DNA of 64,000 bases from Balanoglossus misakiensis (GCA_040954595.2 CM082592.2:9225677-9289676), one strand, 5' to 3'; shown: positions 50,798 to 64,000, counted from the first letter of the stretch. Program-made: numbers and translations. The notes: generated by a model not told the origin, from the letters alone.

Positions 50798-50900
50798 CTA
50801 CTCTCACGACTGTTACTGGTGTCTGCAAACTGCCGACAAGGACCAGTGACGACAGATATTCTTGTAAAATCACTAAACAGACTATATAATACAGGTCCAT
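50798..50900 (-). CDS. GRID: GluD first coding exon (signal peptide)
   Basis: Kozak context gccATGg. Translates MDLYYIVCLVILQEYLSSLVLVGSLQTPVTVVRV, then G|gtaagt. Phase 1 joins exon 2 to give VVRVGIIL (compare GluD IIHIGAIF). Not in the ORF track. Confidence 0.85.
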
Positions 50901-51089
50901 GGCTACAATAGTGCTTCATAAGTCGTCCAATTTGAGGGAAGCTCAATATTTTCCCGGAATGGTGCAAACCTATCGGTCGGGTGGTACAGAGCAGAGTCGA
51001 CACACAAGTACGACTACCGTCGACGACAATCTGTGCGCGTGCTAGTCAGTCCCAATATCGACATCACAACCCGGTGACCCGGTGGAAAT
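50901..51089 (-). other. GRID: 5' UTR portion of the first coding exon of GluD
   Basis: Strong acceptor ctgtttaatttactctttccag|ATT at 51090-51111 implies a further upstream non-coding exon. Confidence 0.55.
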
Positions 51090-53883
51090 CTGGAAAGAGT
51101 AAATTAAACAGTTCATTGCGAATGGTATATAGTTACCCGAGTTATGGTATTTTTTTCATTTAGTTCCAACAGAGACAGCAATCACTGACCGATGAAGCTA
51201 CTGTACCGGGGTGCACCTACAGTGTGCTGGTGGCAACAGTGTTTGCCACAGGCATATACGCGCTATGTGTGTTGACGAATTTAACTTTCCGAGACAGTGC
51301 GTACGATCGGAGGAGAACGGCTACGCATGCGCGAATATCTGCACATTAAACTTCCAGGAGAAAAAAAAAATAACAAAAGTATTCAGCTCACTGCACATCG
51401 CCGGGTATGTGATAAAGTGACTCTCCCTCTCGTCGAACAGGTCGACCCAGTTTCCAGAAACTTTGTGACGAGCGCCCCCAAGTTATATACCTGATCGCCC
51501 ACCTGAAATATTGTAGCAGCTCTCCGAAGGGGGGGGGGGGGGGTGGGGGGACGAGCATGTAGGTAGTGCACACCACGGTGATGAGCAATATTACTCCGTC
51601 TCAAATATCTCATCCACTCAGAGCTCGGAGCGCAGGCCTAGCTTGCGATAGCATACCACGACATGACAATGAAAGAAGTCGATATTCTCACCGGGGATTA
51701 GGGCTAATTGCAATCGACAATGTACGGATGCTGCCTATCTCCTGTACGAATGAAGCTCTCCCGGGAACACACAAAGCTTTCGATAGAGATATCTGTCGCT
51801 GAACAGACGGCCTCGATTCGAAGAAAAAAAAACGATGTTCGACCACGGGGGGATTCCTTAAAGCATACCGTATTGATTATTCAAAGTCGTCTTCTGTCTT
51901 TCTGCACAGAGTGCAGCTCGACTGTCTGTGGTTTCTGCGTCGCTGTGCATTAGTGCCAGTCTGTGTTATGAGCGGATACTTGTTATACATGTGCCATTTG
52001 CATTTCCTTTGTCAATGAATGAATGAATGCATCATCAAATCCGCAAAAACAGCAAACTTAGTGTTTGCAGTATTTTTGTTCTGTGTATATCAACCAGTAT
52101 TTCTGCTCCCTGTACCATGCTAGTGTCAAAATATCAAACATACCATTTACGAGACTTTTGAGGTTTTTGAGCCTTTCCTTCACGTTTTTTTTTCTCTCTC
52201 TCTCTTATTCTAGGTCTGACAGCGTCAAGACAGTTGATCAAGAATGAGAGAGGAGCGCCCATAGCAAGGTTCTCAGGGAGAGCGTGACTTTAGCGTGACG
52301 TCTACGAATCTGTTTTTGTCGATATCTGGGTCTTCATCAATGGAATTCCATGGCAACCAGACGTATGTTTTGTCAAGAGGTAGGATTACAGCAAAATTCT
52401 GATTTGTGTTTGCAAATGATGATGTTCGAGTTCTGTATGTGGCGCCGATAATTTAACTTGAAGATTCACCACAAATGCGACGATTTGGCTCCTTACTGGT
52501 AAATTTGACCAAAAGTCGCAGACTTTCCTACGGCTGCTAATTGCATATGGAGTTCGGTCCAATCGTTTCAAGGTGAAAGGTCGCAGAAAATATGGTCTAT
52601 CTCTCTCTTAATCAATCGCTAACCGCACGCCGATTGGTTTGATTGAATTAAGCGTGGAAGGCTGGATTTTCCGTCGCGCTTTTCGCCTACTCAATTAATC
52701 TTTCGAAGTGCATGTAACTTCTACAAAGAAGTGATAGGACAATTAACTTCGTATCTATGCAAGATGTTAGGTGGAGAGCCTGGCATGCAGCTGTCAGAGG
52801 CTAGCGTCAAAAAAAGACTCAGTGTGTGTCATTCTCTGCGAAACGACATTTATCGCGCGAGCGTGCCATCGTTTATTCTTTGGCTTACAGCGAGTGAGTA
52901 TTCCATGGAGTTTGTCCGCTAATGCGTTTCTAGAACGCTCAATAGTCGATGGAATGCGCGGAATGTGACCAAAAAGGGGTACGCGTGCGTGAACTGTGAG
53001 TATTAGACTGTTAGTGTGGAGTGGATTAGAAGTGGGTACACTGAGAATTGAACAGCGAGACTTTTACATCCGAACACTTGACTCGCACTTACATCATGTT
53101 GACATTATGTCACAGGCTGCGTTATTCGACCATCTTGATAATGGAAAGTCGTAGAGTCTCCGGGGGTGCGGTGAGACAGGGTCATGCATAAGAGTTGGTG
53201 GGCAAGCCAGTCCGTGATGATGACACTTGCGGACTGAATATGATAACAGTGTGACAACCAAAATACAAAAAAAAGATCATCGCGTAGCAAGCCACAAAAG
53301 GAGGGCAACGACGCAAATCCATCTGGACTAATAAGATCTGTGAGGATTTTTATAGTGAAGTGGTTGTGAACGGGTGAAGGGCTTAATAATTAGAATAATA
53401 AGATTCCACAGCTGCTGACGCTGAAGTAACTTATTGACTTCAAGATCTGATCAGTACTTTCTCCTCGTTGAAGCGGTTCTTCGGTAACTGCAGGCGTTTG
53501 GTTAAATCGCCGTTGACCGAGTGATTTGGTTATCTTTGTCTGTCGGTCGGACTTAGATAAAATAGCGCCCTCATAAGAATAACGTAAACGACAAAGTGAA
53601 GTCCAACCGCTGGACACCCCCCTCCCTACTCGCTATTCTGACCGTATATTAAATTCCTGACTGAGCAGGTGGTTTTTCTCTGGTGGTTTTGTAAAAGAAA
53701 AAGGGTTGTGTGGGTCGATTAAAACAATTACCGGCCAAGCGTCTGAACCAAACAATGCTGGGGTCATTTTTGTTTGTCATTAACATTTGACACTCCATTA
53801 AACAAAACACCGGAGAGAGCCCTAACTGTAACTGTACTTAAAAACTGCACCGTGAGAGAGATAGACAGACAGAAAATACAGTG

Positions 53884-53943
53884 CAGTACAGTACAGTACA
53901 GTACAGTACAGTACAGTACAGTACAGTACAGTACAGTACAGTA
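53884..53943. repeat. (CAGTA)12 microsatellite
   Basis: Perfect pentanucleotide run; source of the YCTVL-repeat pseudo-ORFs. Confidence 0.97.
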
Positions 53944-56900
53944 AAGCAAAGCATTACAAGACAAGTCACTGAGAAAATAAGAAAGACACATAACACAAGA
54001 AAGGCAGTCGTGTAAACAGAAATACTGAAAAAGACATGTACATGCATGCAGTAGAATTGATGGATAGACTGCTCAAAATGTATCAAGAGATTTCAATATA
54101 TAGTTCGGACACGATGATTGATTGCACTGAACTGCAGGTCCTTTCATGTTCAGTCAAACGCTTCTGTTTATCAAGATTCTCTCAGTCCCCTGCCCCCTAG
54201 GCGAGTAACTTCAGTAAGGGTGAATTCTGACTATAATGCCTGGCTAGCTCTTTTATTCAAAATTTTATCTGGCTGTCTTTGTGCGCGAGCTGATTGCCGT
54301 GCGCAAGTGCTCAACAATTCCGTTGTCACCCATGGAAACAAATGCGCTTGCTGCACACTTGACGATCATCCATACAAATTTTCACGCTTACAAAGTACAT
54401 TACGACCCCATGCAAAAGCCGTGCACGATACTCCCTCCAATTCTGTAAAACCAAAATGACGATATTCTGAATTGTTCACCAACCAAACATCGTTACAATT
54501 CTAGTGACCAGCACAGATATTAGCGAATTAGCAGTCAAATACTTTTCACTCGAGAAGCGAATATTCGCTCAAACGAATCCGCGATGTGTGGGTACAGAAT
54601 TGGAGGGAGTGCCCACAGTTGAACAGAAAACAATGATATTCAACTGTATATGCGCTCAGTATTGCTTCCTTAAAACTCTCACTTTCGGAAACGCAGTCGA
54701 CATTGATTCATTTTCAATAGTGCAAGGTTAAACATTCTGATAAATGGCTATGATGTATCAGTACAATATTTGCAATATGCGAACAAACACTGTTTGCAGT
54801 GGCGCACAAATTTATAGCTGGGTACTAAATGGCTCGTAAACTTTACGACCTGTTTTCTGAAGAGTCCCTGTATTTATAGCTTTTTACTCAAGAGGTCATC
54901 AAATAGCATCTGGTCGTCGACGGATTGGACGCTGAGCTAATTTGCAAATAAATATGCGAATATGTCCCCCTAATTGACAATAGAACAAGTTCACTTAAAC
55001 CCTTTTACAGCTATCGCACGGTCCACACAGGGGCAGCACGCTCATTTCGTGGATTCGTAAGTATCAGACACATTGCGTAGTCCGTATGCAGTCAATACGG
55101 AAAGTATTTTAAAGTAAACAAAGCCTGGTGGTATAATAATACAGGCAGGAGAGAAATGTTTCATACAAAATTAATCGATGTCATAAAATACATTGGCAGA
55201 CCACCACTAGTACTTTTTCCCTTTTTTGTGAGTCTGACGGTTAAAATTATTGCATCTTTTGTGTTTGTGCCGCTGTAATGTGTCACGTATGATGGATTCT
55301 TCCATTATCAAATTCGACTCGGAAAGAACGATGTTCTCCTAAAAAACATATTGGTTTTGCACCCTGAAATCCCCGAAGCGATGTGACGTCATAGAACTGA
55401 CTACTCACGTAACAGAGGCAGACTGAACTGTGAAAAATAAAATGTGGGTCACGGTGATGACCCGTAACGTTGAAATATTATCACGAGAAGAAGAAGGCGT
55501 GATCGAACAGAGCCTACACTTCTCAAAGATACTTTAAGGGTGACGATCGTCTTATGCACATGTGTCAAACCAGAGACTCTGGTTACAAAAAATTATACAG
55601 TCAATTCCATAAGGCAGTGTGCTGTCCTGACAACAGACAAGATGGCGGCGCCCATAGTCTGTTTCGCTTTGCCGTCATATCCTATATCTTGGGGGGATCT
55701 GGGCCAGGAGACACTGCCTTGCGCCAACTTAAAAGAAATAAAATTGATCAATGATGCTGACGTCACACGAGAAAGTAAATTACTCGTAAGTGGTAACTGT
55801 CTGGCAAGATATTCTACAGTTTATCAGCAAATCCTTCCAAATGCTCTGGAAATTACAATATGTTCAGTGGACGTGGTCTGCGTTAAATTTTCCTTCTCTC
55901 ATCTAGGAAATTCTAAAAATAACCTTTTTACTTTGTATCTCATGGTCCACCCGATCCTAATTTTCAGTTCCGACATGAAATGAATAATGCCCTAGGTTAA
56001 ATCATTCTGAATATTTGATCAGCATGGATATCTACGTTTTTATAGTTGAGGTGAAAGCAGTTCGCGGCTTTTTGAACATCAGCGCTGTGTACTTAATACA
56101 TTGCATAGTACGTACGCCAGACGATATACTTGTAAATATAGACCGATAATTTGTGAACTTTTTTATGGCGTTCTGGAATGGATCACATTATGCTCGGTGG
56201 TTTAATTGACGAGTACAGTCATTAGAATGGATTTTTTTGCGCCAGAATTAGGCTCTAAAAGCAGCGTGGGTGAATCGATTAGTAGGTAAAGTGGTGTTTG
56301 CCCTCGCCGTAATTGAAATCTATATTCGATTCCACTACTTTCGGCAGCTGAGATAGCATCGCTGAAAACAATATTTCATATGAAGGTTTGTGAACTGACA
56401 TGATCACTATAGTCTAGTGCCAGTTTGAAATCTGAGCATTTCCTATTCAAGTTCAAAGGAAAGTTCCAAAGTCACAGTTATTTTTTTTAATGGCAAGGGT
56501 CATAAATATGCGCCTCCAACAGTGCCAAAAGCATTGTTATACATGAATGGCTTCCTATTAAACAAATGTTATCAAATTACACCAATTTCCACACAATTGT
56601 TCAACACATCAGCATAATTAAAAACAATGAACGAAACATATTATGGACGTAAGTACGTACAAACATGCTTCTATGCATGGAAACATGCACACATACATTA
56701 TGCATAACACATGTGTGCGTTTAGAGCTTCACAACCCGACCCCTGGTGTCAGGGAAATGACGAACACGGGTGGCAAGTCTTATATTGTCTTTATTGAGGA
56801 AAAATGAAAGCATTTTAGGAATCCTTCCCCACTGTTGCTTTATTTCGGTAATGTTTGAAATATGAATTACCCAACCAGTGCGGATATTGCAAAAAGAGTT

Positions 56901-57230
56901 AGTAATTACAAAATACAGATTTGAAATATTAGCTTATGCAGGGATGTGTCGCTGCAGTTATAGATAGGAAACTACTAAGCAAAGGACTATACACATGTTC
57001 ACTTGTATGCTGCAATTCTTCAACCCACGCATCAGCAACTCACTTCATTTAGTAGATGACAGCCTATGGATATTCCCAACTCATTCTTGAGAGCTATAGC
57101 CAGGGCTTACAAGCTGAGTCTGGCAAAATCATCCTGTTAATGGCTGTCTCCTTCAGGTAGTAGGCACCAAGAGTATTAGAATCTTTCTTTCAGAGTTCAG
57201 TTCCTGAATCATGGAAACCGGCGCTGTCTA

Positions 57231-57254
57231 GCGGCAAGTGGTACCACTTGCCGC
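57231..57254. repeat. Perfect 24-bp palindrome
   Basis: GCGGCAAGTGGTACCACTTGCCGC equals its own reverse complement. Confidence 0.95.
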
Positions 57255-60200
57255 AAAACTGTCTGAGAACTGCTAGCTGTGGCTGGGTTTAAGCTAGCAT
57301 GTAATCATTGTAATATGCAATACGTTCTATTGAAATGAAAGTATGGGAGATAATTGAGTTTGCGAAATCTTTATGGAGTATTAATGCAGCTCGGATCGCA
57401 ATACGAATCTCTGCATGAAACAGGTGGTAAAAGCCCAGATGAAACAGTAGTTCTGTTATAAATGTCTATTCAATTCAATTATAATATAACGCACGGCCTT
57501 GAGAACGGATAGAAAGTACAACTTACTTCCATCACTGTAAATCTCAACAGCATACTAAAATAAGATTACAGAGTTATCTGCATCAATTAAGGCACGATAG
57601 GAAATAAAGACAAAATTGACAAGACTGGGTCCATATTTAATGAACATCATTCATGACTATTTGCTTTGAAAGAGATGAACTTTTGTATGCTGTGATTTTA
57701 GGAGACTTTTTTTTACTTGTCACATTGGAAACTATATTGAAGCAAAGAATATCCCGCCTGAGTCGTAGAAATGAAACCGAGCCTGTATTACCGTGAACTT
57801 AACGAATAGTCATTATTTTTCCGATTCACCATGAAGAGATCCATATGTCGGCTAGCTACTTAGACATTGACCTTTTCAAACGACGTTCATCTCAACACCT
57901 TTTAGCATTTTATCAAATGACTAGTCTTCTCGACTCGCAAAAAGACGCGAGCACAGCAGCGTTTCCATGACAATGCTTCTTGTGTTAGGAGAAAGCTATC
58001 ATTAAAGCTCGCATACAGCTCTAACTTCCATCAGAATTCTTGCAATGGTCTTGAGAACTGGCTGAAAGCATGTGTCGTGCTGCTCATAGCGAACGGGGTT
58101 AGAAAGCGGGGCAAGTGCGCGCTTTATCAATTCAGTTCACATGGTCTCGATAATATCTCTCTTGTATTTGGTTAGACAAATAGGATTCGGTAATGTGGAC
58201 AATCGCCCCAGACTAATTGGTCATTATTTCACGCTGCCGCTCATCCATCAATTTTTTTCCGGCTAAGCGCCTGGCGTTAGAGCGATTTCCAATTTCCTCG
58301 ACCGTATGAAACGGTGCGCATGCGCACTGCAAATTGCTTCATGCAAAAGCTATTTTGGAGTGTCCACTCGGAGAATGCTTAGTGGATACGCGCTCATTGA
58401 TCACATTCTTCAGATCTCTTTTGAAACATGATTATTTGGAGTGAATTCTGAGAGGCCGGTTGCCGGCTGTCAGAAGAGAATTGTGAAAGAGAACGACATC
58501 CTTGGAGAAGAATATGTGTGCCGTAGCTGTGCGAGAGAGCCATGCATACAGAGACATGCATACATAGCTATAGATACACATCTACAGACAGCGATAGACA
58601 AACAGAGATATAGACATAATGGAAAAATAGATAGAGAGAGACAAAGATAAGATGGTTGATTGATTCATTGATTGATTGACGTAAAAAGAAACTCGTGTAA
58701 TAATGGAAATGTGTTGATTTAGTATCTACATGCGTCTGTGTTTCCATAAATGATGTGAATTCAGTGCACTAAGTTGAGACAGGCAGGCAGGTAGACAGGA
58801 AAGAAAGCGGACGGCCAGACAGACAGCCATCTCCCTGTTATCCTTGTTATCATCTCCGTATACTGTCACCCCTGGCCGTTCTGACAAATTTCAACTGCTT
58901 AGATAGAAGAACCCTCCCCTTCGTAATACATGTATTAGCTTTTACATTAGATGACTGTTAAAGATATCAAATTGCGTCGATCTTTTATGGAGTTTTGTCG
59001 CTGACAAATAACTATTTCAGTCACAAGGACGTCTTCAAACCGATAACGATCAGGGTTCCCTGGGGGTCAATTGAATCGACCGTGGTCGACCCGGAGTTGA
59101 GATACGCACTCGTCTTCCCATTTCTTCATTATCGCCCAAATCAAATTACTGTCAGCAGGAAGTATTTATGCGTGGAAAAGTCATCGCCATAGCGAAGATC
59201 GCCGTGACTTGACGCTGAAAATCCGAAATTATAGTCCGAGTTGGTCAGCTGAGAATTCCAGGAGAGTGTGTTGGAACATGAATTTTGACTTGATACAGTC
59301 TAGACACCACAAGGTTATCCACATATTCTTTTTCGTGGTCATTTTATTGCCTCCCTCCCTCCCCCTCTCTGTCAGTCAGTCTGTCTGTCTGTATATATCT
59401 CTCACCCTCTCTCTACCGCTCCTCACCCCTCCCTCCCTTCGCGAGTCGCTTTCAAGGCATCGTTTAAAAAGAACATATTGGTTCCTGCCCTGAAACGACT
59501 CGATCCACTAAAAGCCCCATACATCACCGCTGATACGTAAAGCCTTCGACAGCAAACTCATCGACGCGATAGCACCCAGGAGCCCGCCAAGAGGAGCGAT
59601 CACAACTGCTTCGGTTAGCAAAGGTCATTGTAGGTCAGCCGGAGTGATCCAAATCAGCGCGATTTATATTGTTCGAATCATTGACTCGCCTACGTAATAA
59701 ATAGGATCGCTACAGAATTAATAGAATTGTCACAAAGCATCAATATTACATACGTCGTCTGGTATCACGTGTACCCTGTATAATATCGTGCGACAAAAAT
59801 TACTCTGAGAGCCATGCACACGCAGAGGGCCACAGGTTAGACTTTATTTTCTCTTGTTCAAAGCGCCATTAACAAGAATTGCACATTCAATAGTGTGTCT
59901 ATCATCAAAATAATGCAGTTACTTGGTGAACTGAAAATCATAACGATTTCAAGAAACTTCAATTTGCGAAAAACTTTACCTCGTAAATGAAAATGGTCTG
60001 TAAAATTTGAAATTGCAACACTGTAAACATTCTGTCACAGTGCTGTTAAATATGCCTTTGAACATGACATATGGTTGCCAGGAAACGGTTTATGGGGAGA
60101 AGCAATGGCAGCGCCAATTACCTTTCTCGTTGGAGTTAACTATGTGTCTTAAAGTCAATGTAAACTTCCCCGGGGGGAGCTGTATTCCCACAACTGTACA

Positions 60201-63200
60201 AGCCTTTACGTTTGGTTGGAAATCAAGCCGCGAGCCTTACTCGCGTAATTTCATTCGCCAAATTCTGCCTGCGGATTGTTATTTGTTGGAAACCATTAAA
60301 TTTCTCCCCAAAGCCAGGATGCCGGGGATAAGATTCTCAGCCCACAGAGATTATGGATGAAACGGAAACTTTCAAGTTCTTTCCACTGAAAACATCCGCA
60401 CTAGGAATCCAGGAACTTGTAAGCTCCAATTCGGTGTTTTCCGCGGTAAGAACTCTGAAATGTCCGTTTCAACAATAATCTCTCTCTGCTCTAAGAGTTT
60501 ATCTGATGAATGAAAGTGGTTAGGCCCTTATGAGTGTCAATCCATCAAAGGCCTGGATGAAGCTTTTGGACAGTGGAAAACTTGTGCGAAAGGATAGGTT
60601 TAAGAGATGTTTTATAAGTCTGAGCAGGATGTCTCACCAACTAAATATTTGATGGGTGTGAAGATATGGTATGCGAGGTCAATGCGTCCTGAAAAATGGG
60701 TTTCATGGGGAAACACGGAGACAGCATCATTTCCTCATAAATTATGCAAGTTTAGTTGTCTGTGTCATTCATTTTGATTAATGGCATTTATATCAAGACG
60801 GGCCTGCCCCATGTCTGGTAGAATTGTTCTGTATTCTCTTTAGTGGTGGCTTGGTGTTGATAGCACCGATCGCTATTTAACTCAGCTAGAGTTAGTAAAA
60901 AGTAAACTGATCTTCCATTTTCACAAGTTCCATGTAGTCAAGGTCCAAGAGGCCTTTAGCATTGAGGTTGCTCAGCACATAACATACGTCAAACATGAGT
61001 ATCGCCATCGAAGCGAAATGGGAACCGACGCCATTCTTTCTACACGTGCGAAATGGCAGGGCAAGTTAAGACCCGCTGTTCAAGCTACAGAGGGAAATTA
61101 AGACAGATGATGCCGGCAACTTTGTTGAATTGGTTTATGTCAAAAACGCGCGGCAATTACAACTGCTGAAGCAGAGTAAGACAATAAATAGTACAGATGC
61201 TGCCAACTGTGCTCAATTCATCAAATATTTGTTTTACACATTCGACCAGCGAAATGGTAACACGTACATTCTGAAACATGGATGTGCATTTATGTGATTT
61301 TGACCATAATGGATATATTTTTGGATCAATTACATAACTGAACATTATTTCATTTCGTTGACAATACTTACTAAGGCGCATCGTTTAAAAAAACACATTG
61401 TGTTCTATCTTTGAGCTTAATAAAATACACTAATAAAAAAACTAAACTATTTATAGCCGAGCGCAATTTTATTTTCATGTTAAATGCGATCTCACGTTCT
61501 TTCTTCTGAACAGGCACGTTATCTTTGTATTTATGCCAACGTTGCCTTCATCAAATCAATCGGAATGCATTTGCGAGTAATGCGAGTTTATTAAAAGAAT
61601 CTACGTCGTCAAATATTTCTGACCACTGATACCCATAAGATCCATCAAACATATTTGTAAATCAGACGGCCCTTTTGTCAAAGATTTAATCACAGCAGTG
61701 GAAGAATATTGCGTATTGGGTACGGCCTGGAGCGTCGCTACCAGAACGATGCCACGCTTATGGCCGATTTACAACCCACACTCGGCATATCTGCAACGCA
61801 CAACAGCGACATCTAATCATTACATCACGTTCGACAGCTTAGGCGTAGCAAAAGAACTGTCTGACACCGTATGTGTTCAAATCTGTCTTAATTTTGATTA
61901 GACTAAACAACTTGCCTGATGTCTGGTACTGCAGACTTTATTAAGAAACCGAGGAATTCAAACATAATTCCTTGAAGTCGGTCACCGCGACATCATAACG
62001 CTGATGGTTTTTTGGACATGCTGTGCTCACACATATAGGAACATTAGTCTCACAACGGGTGACTGTTCTGCCTTGTTCTGGTATTGCAATTTTCATTAAC
62101 CCTCAACCTTCAGTACGAAAGAGTGTTTGACACGATTAAGTGGTACCAGCATTCTTGTAACACGTCCAAAGCGACAAACGCATACATCAACTTTACACTG
62201 AGCGAGTTTGCCAATTAAAATCAACGAAAAGCATTTCTGCAGATCCCGAAAATTGCGACCCGAAAGTTTTTGTGTTAGCATAGCCTTAAGCGCTGTTCAT
62301 TTTCCGACTTAATGATTTGCAATTTAGGCGCGAACATGAACAGTTGATGATAGAAGCCGCGCTGAGCGTAGCTGCTTGCGGACCAAGTGATTCCAAACAA
62401 TATTAAGCTAACTGTCACAATCAGTTAACAGTTTAATATATTTGTGCAGAGATTGAAAGGAAACAGCGTGGTGTACATTGTGTAGTACTTACCGCAGATC
62501 CAGTGGATTGGTGAGAATTGATCAGGGTCTGCGCACAGAGTATATGTTCTGCAGTGTGGTCTGTCATGCGATATCCCTACTTATTATCGAACTCCGAAAG
62601 ATTTACAGTTCTAAAGCGGCTGGACGCGACTGACAAGTAACGGGGCAGATTCTTGAAATGAGCCACTTCCATCCGTGTGAAGGAACGTCACATCCGAGTA
62701 TGCGAAAATTCCCGAGGTTTCAAGTTCCACGACCGGTACAGGCACAAGCGGATGAATTGGTTCGCTGCGGTTCAGGGAAGTTCTGATATGCGAAACAACG
62801 TAAGGGACATTCCATTCGCGAATGGTGGGTAGCAGGGGCTTGTACGTAGGCTTTGACGAGGTATGTAATGTATGTATGATCACTGGCGGCTAAACCATGC
62901 AGTTCGGCAACGATAAGGGAACACAAACAAACAGTTGTATGTGAGTACCTTAAAGGGAACAGACCACTCGGAGGCGGGTGGAGCAATGCACGTTATCGCG
63001 AAAACGCTAGACTTTCCCGAACTTTCATTTCATGTTAATTAGAAACTTATTTCCTTGTTTATTCAACACGGGCATATATTCCCGAGTGCCATTAATTTCA
63101 CTTCATTGGATACGCTGGACTTGTTTTTAAGGAGCAACTCTTTTAAGGATTATAAGAATGGCTGTGTGGTTTTGTGCATGATTCGGTTGCTAGACGATGT

Positions 63201-64000
63201 TGTCAGAGGTGCATTTGAGAGCAGTCGTTTCCAAGTGAATATCGTAAATATAAATCAGTTTTTACCAATCTGTGTATAACTGTTGTAATCCAACCACTTT
63301 TGAAGTCCCCAGTCCGGGGGAACAGTCGGAGGCACATACTATTAATTACCATATAAATTTAAAATCAGTCACTTGTGATGAAAGTATTTCAGTGACTTAT
63401 GGCGCTAAAAGGATAGACAACGTGTACGTACGTACGTACGCCATTAAAATGACGGAACAACGACAATTTGCAAACCCAGAATCTCAATGGTTAAGAGTTA
63501 GCCCTCCCGCAAAATCAAATAAGGGTGAAACTCTTGTCTTCATGATCCCAGTAACTGAGACAATAATCTCGGGGTTTATTTCGTGGAGATGTGAGTAAAT
63601 TGACCACGTTTCTCCTGAAGAAATGTATACATCGTGCAAAAACGACTGCAGGGAAAGATGTCTACCTGATCAATTCATTGAACGCAACTCGTCGCGTCAG
63701 TACCATGCTATTGGGCTGTACAATCCTTTCGAATACACCCTTGTTATCTCTTTTATGGCGCATCAGGCAGCCCTGCATTTGATAAAAACCAATACATCAC
63801 AGGGTTTAGAACACGCGGAACATATGAAAGCTATTATTCCGAGTTTACGACCGGTGACCGCGATTGTCATTTGAACAATTAGTGTAGATGCCGACAACAA
63901 ACATGAATGTTTTGTCGTCTGAACAAAAGACTGGGAAAGAAAAGGTGCACCGAGAAACTTACGAATATCAATGACTCTTTTGAAAGCGCAATATGAAATA

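Larger units (their letters stand above)
20769..50900 (-). other. GRID: Gene span: delta-family ionotropic glutamate receptor (GluD-like), 14 coding exons, about 888 aa
   Basis: 14 exons join in frame (2667 nt). Motifs match recalled vertebrate GluD1/2: FQAVQ, ALVSS.GC, HWI, KPW.SGRS, LGFNY..Y..PD.KYG...DGTWNGLVG, DRE.VVDFT..YM.Y.VG.LLR, F.QQGG, YAFLWDA..LEY. Exon boundaries also resemble GRID genes. Confidence 0.9.

Noticed and set aside
53520-53566. miR-9-like TTTGGTTATCT within a weak hairpin
   Set aside because: Match is only 11 nt, and the stem is too short and mismatched for a pre-miRNA.

Overview
Eukaryotic, intron-rich animal DNA; protein similarity suggests a marine invertebrate, possibly a hemichordate/echinoderm-type deuterostome (inference only). 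Two complete ligand-gated ion channel genes lie in tandem on the minus strand, reconstructed by hand from GT-AG splice sites with consistent reading phases. (1) A delta-family ionotropic glutamate receptor (GluD/GRID-like): 14 coding exons, ATG at 50900, most likely stop at 20769, about 888 aa, ending in a 15-nt coding exon for the PDZ motif ETSV. (2) A nicotinic acetylcholine receptor alpha subunit: 6 exons, probable ATG at 16557, stop at 4901, about 505 aa. A 2.1-kb non-autonomous CCC-terminated DNA transposon with a 51-bp tandem array lies in nAChR intron 1, and a 196-bp TA-flanked MITE lies in GluD intron 6; several microsatellites are also present. Both receptors carry atypical agonist-site residues. 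The GluD pocket fits a non-glutamate (GABA- or glycine-type) cation channel, and its cerebellin-binding residues are missing. The nAChR alpha has D200H, a loop-C sequon and an alpha9/10-like M2. Most ORFs in the supplied track are spurious. I found no convincing evidence for a wholly new biological system. Comparisons with vertebrate sequences and residue numbers are from memory, not from computed alignments.
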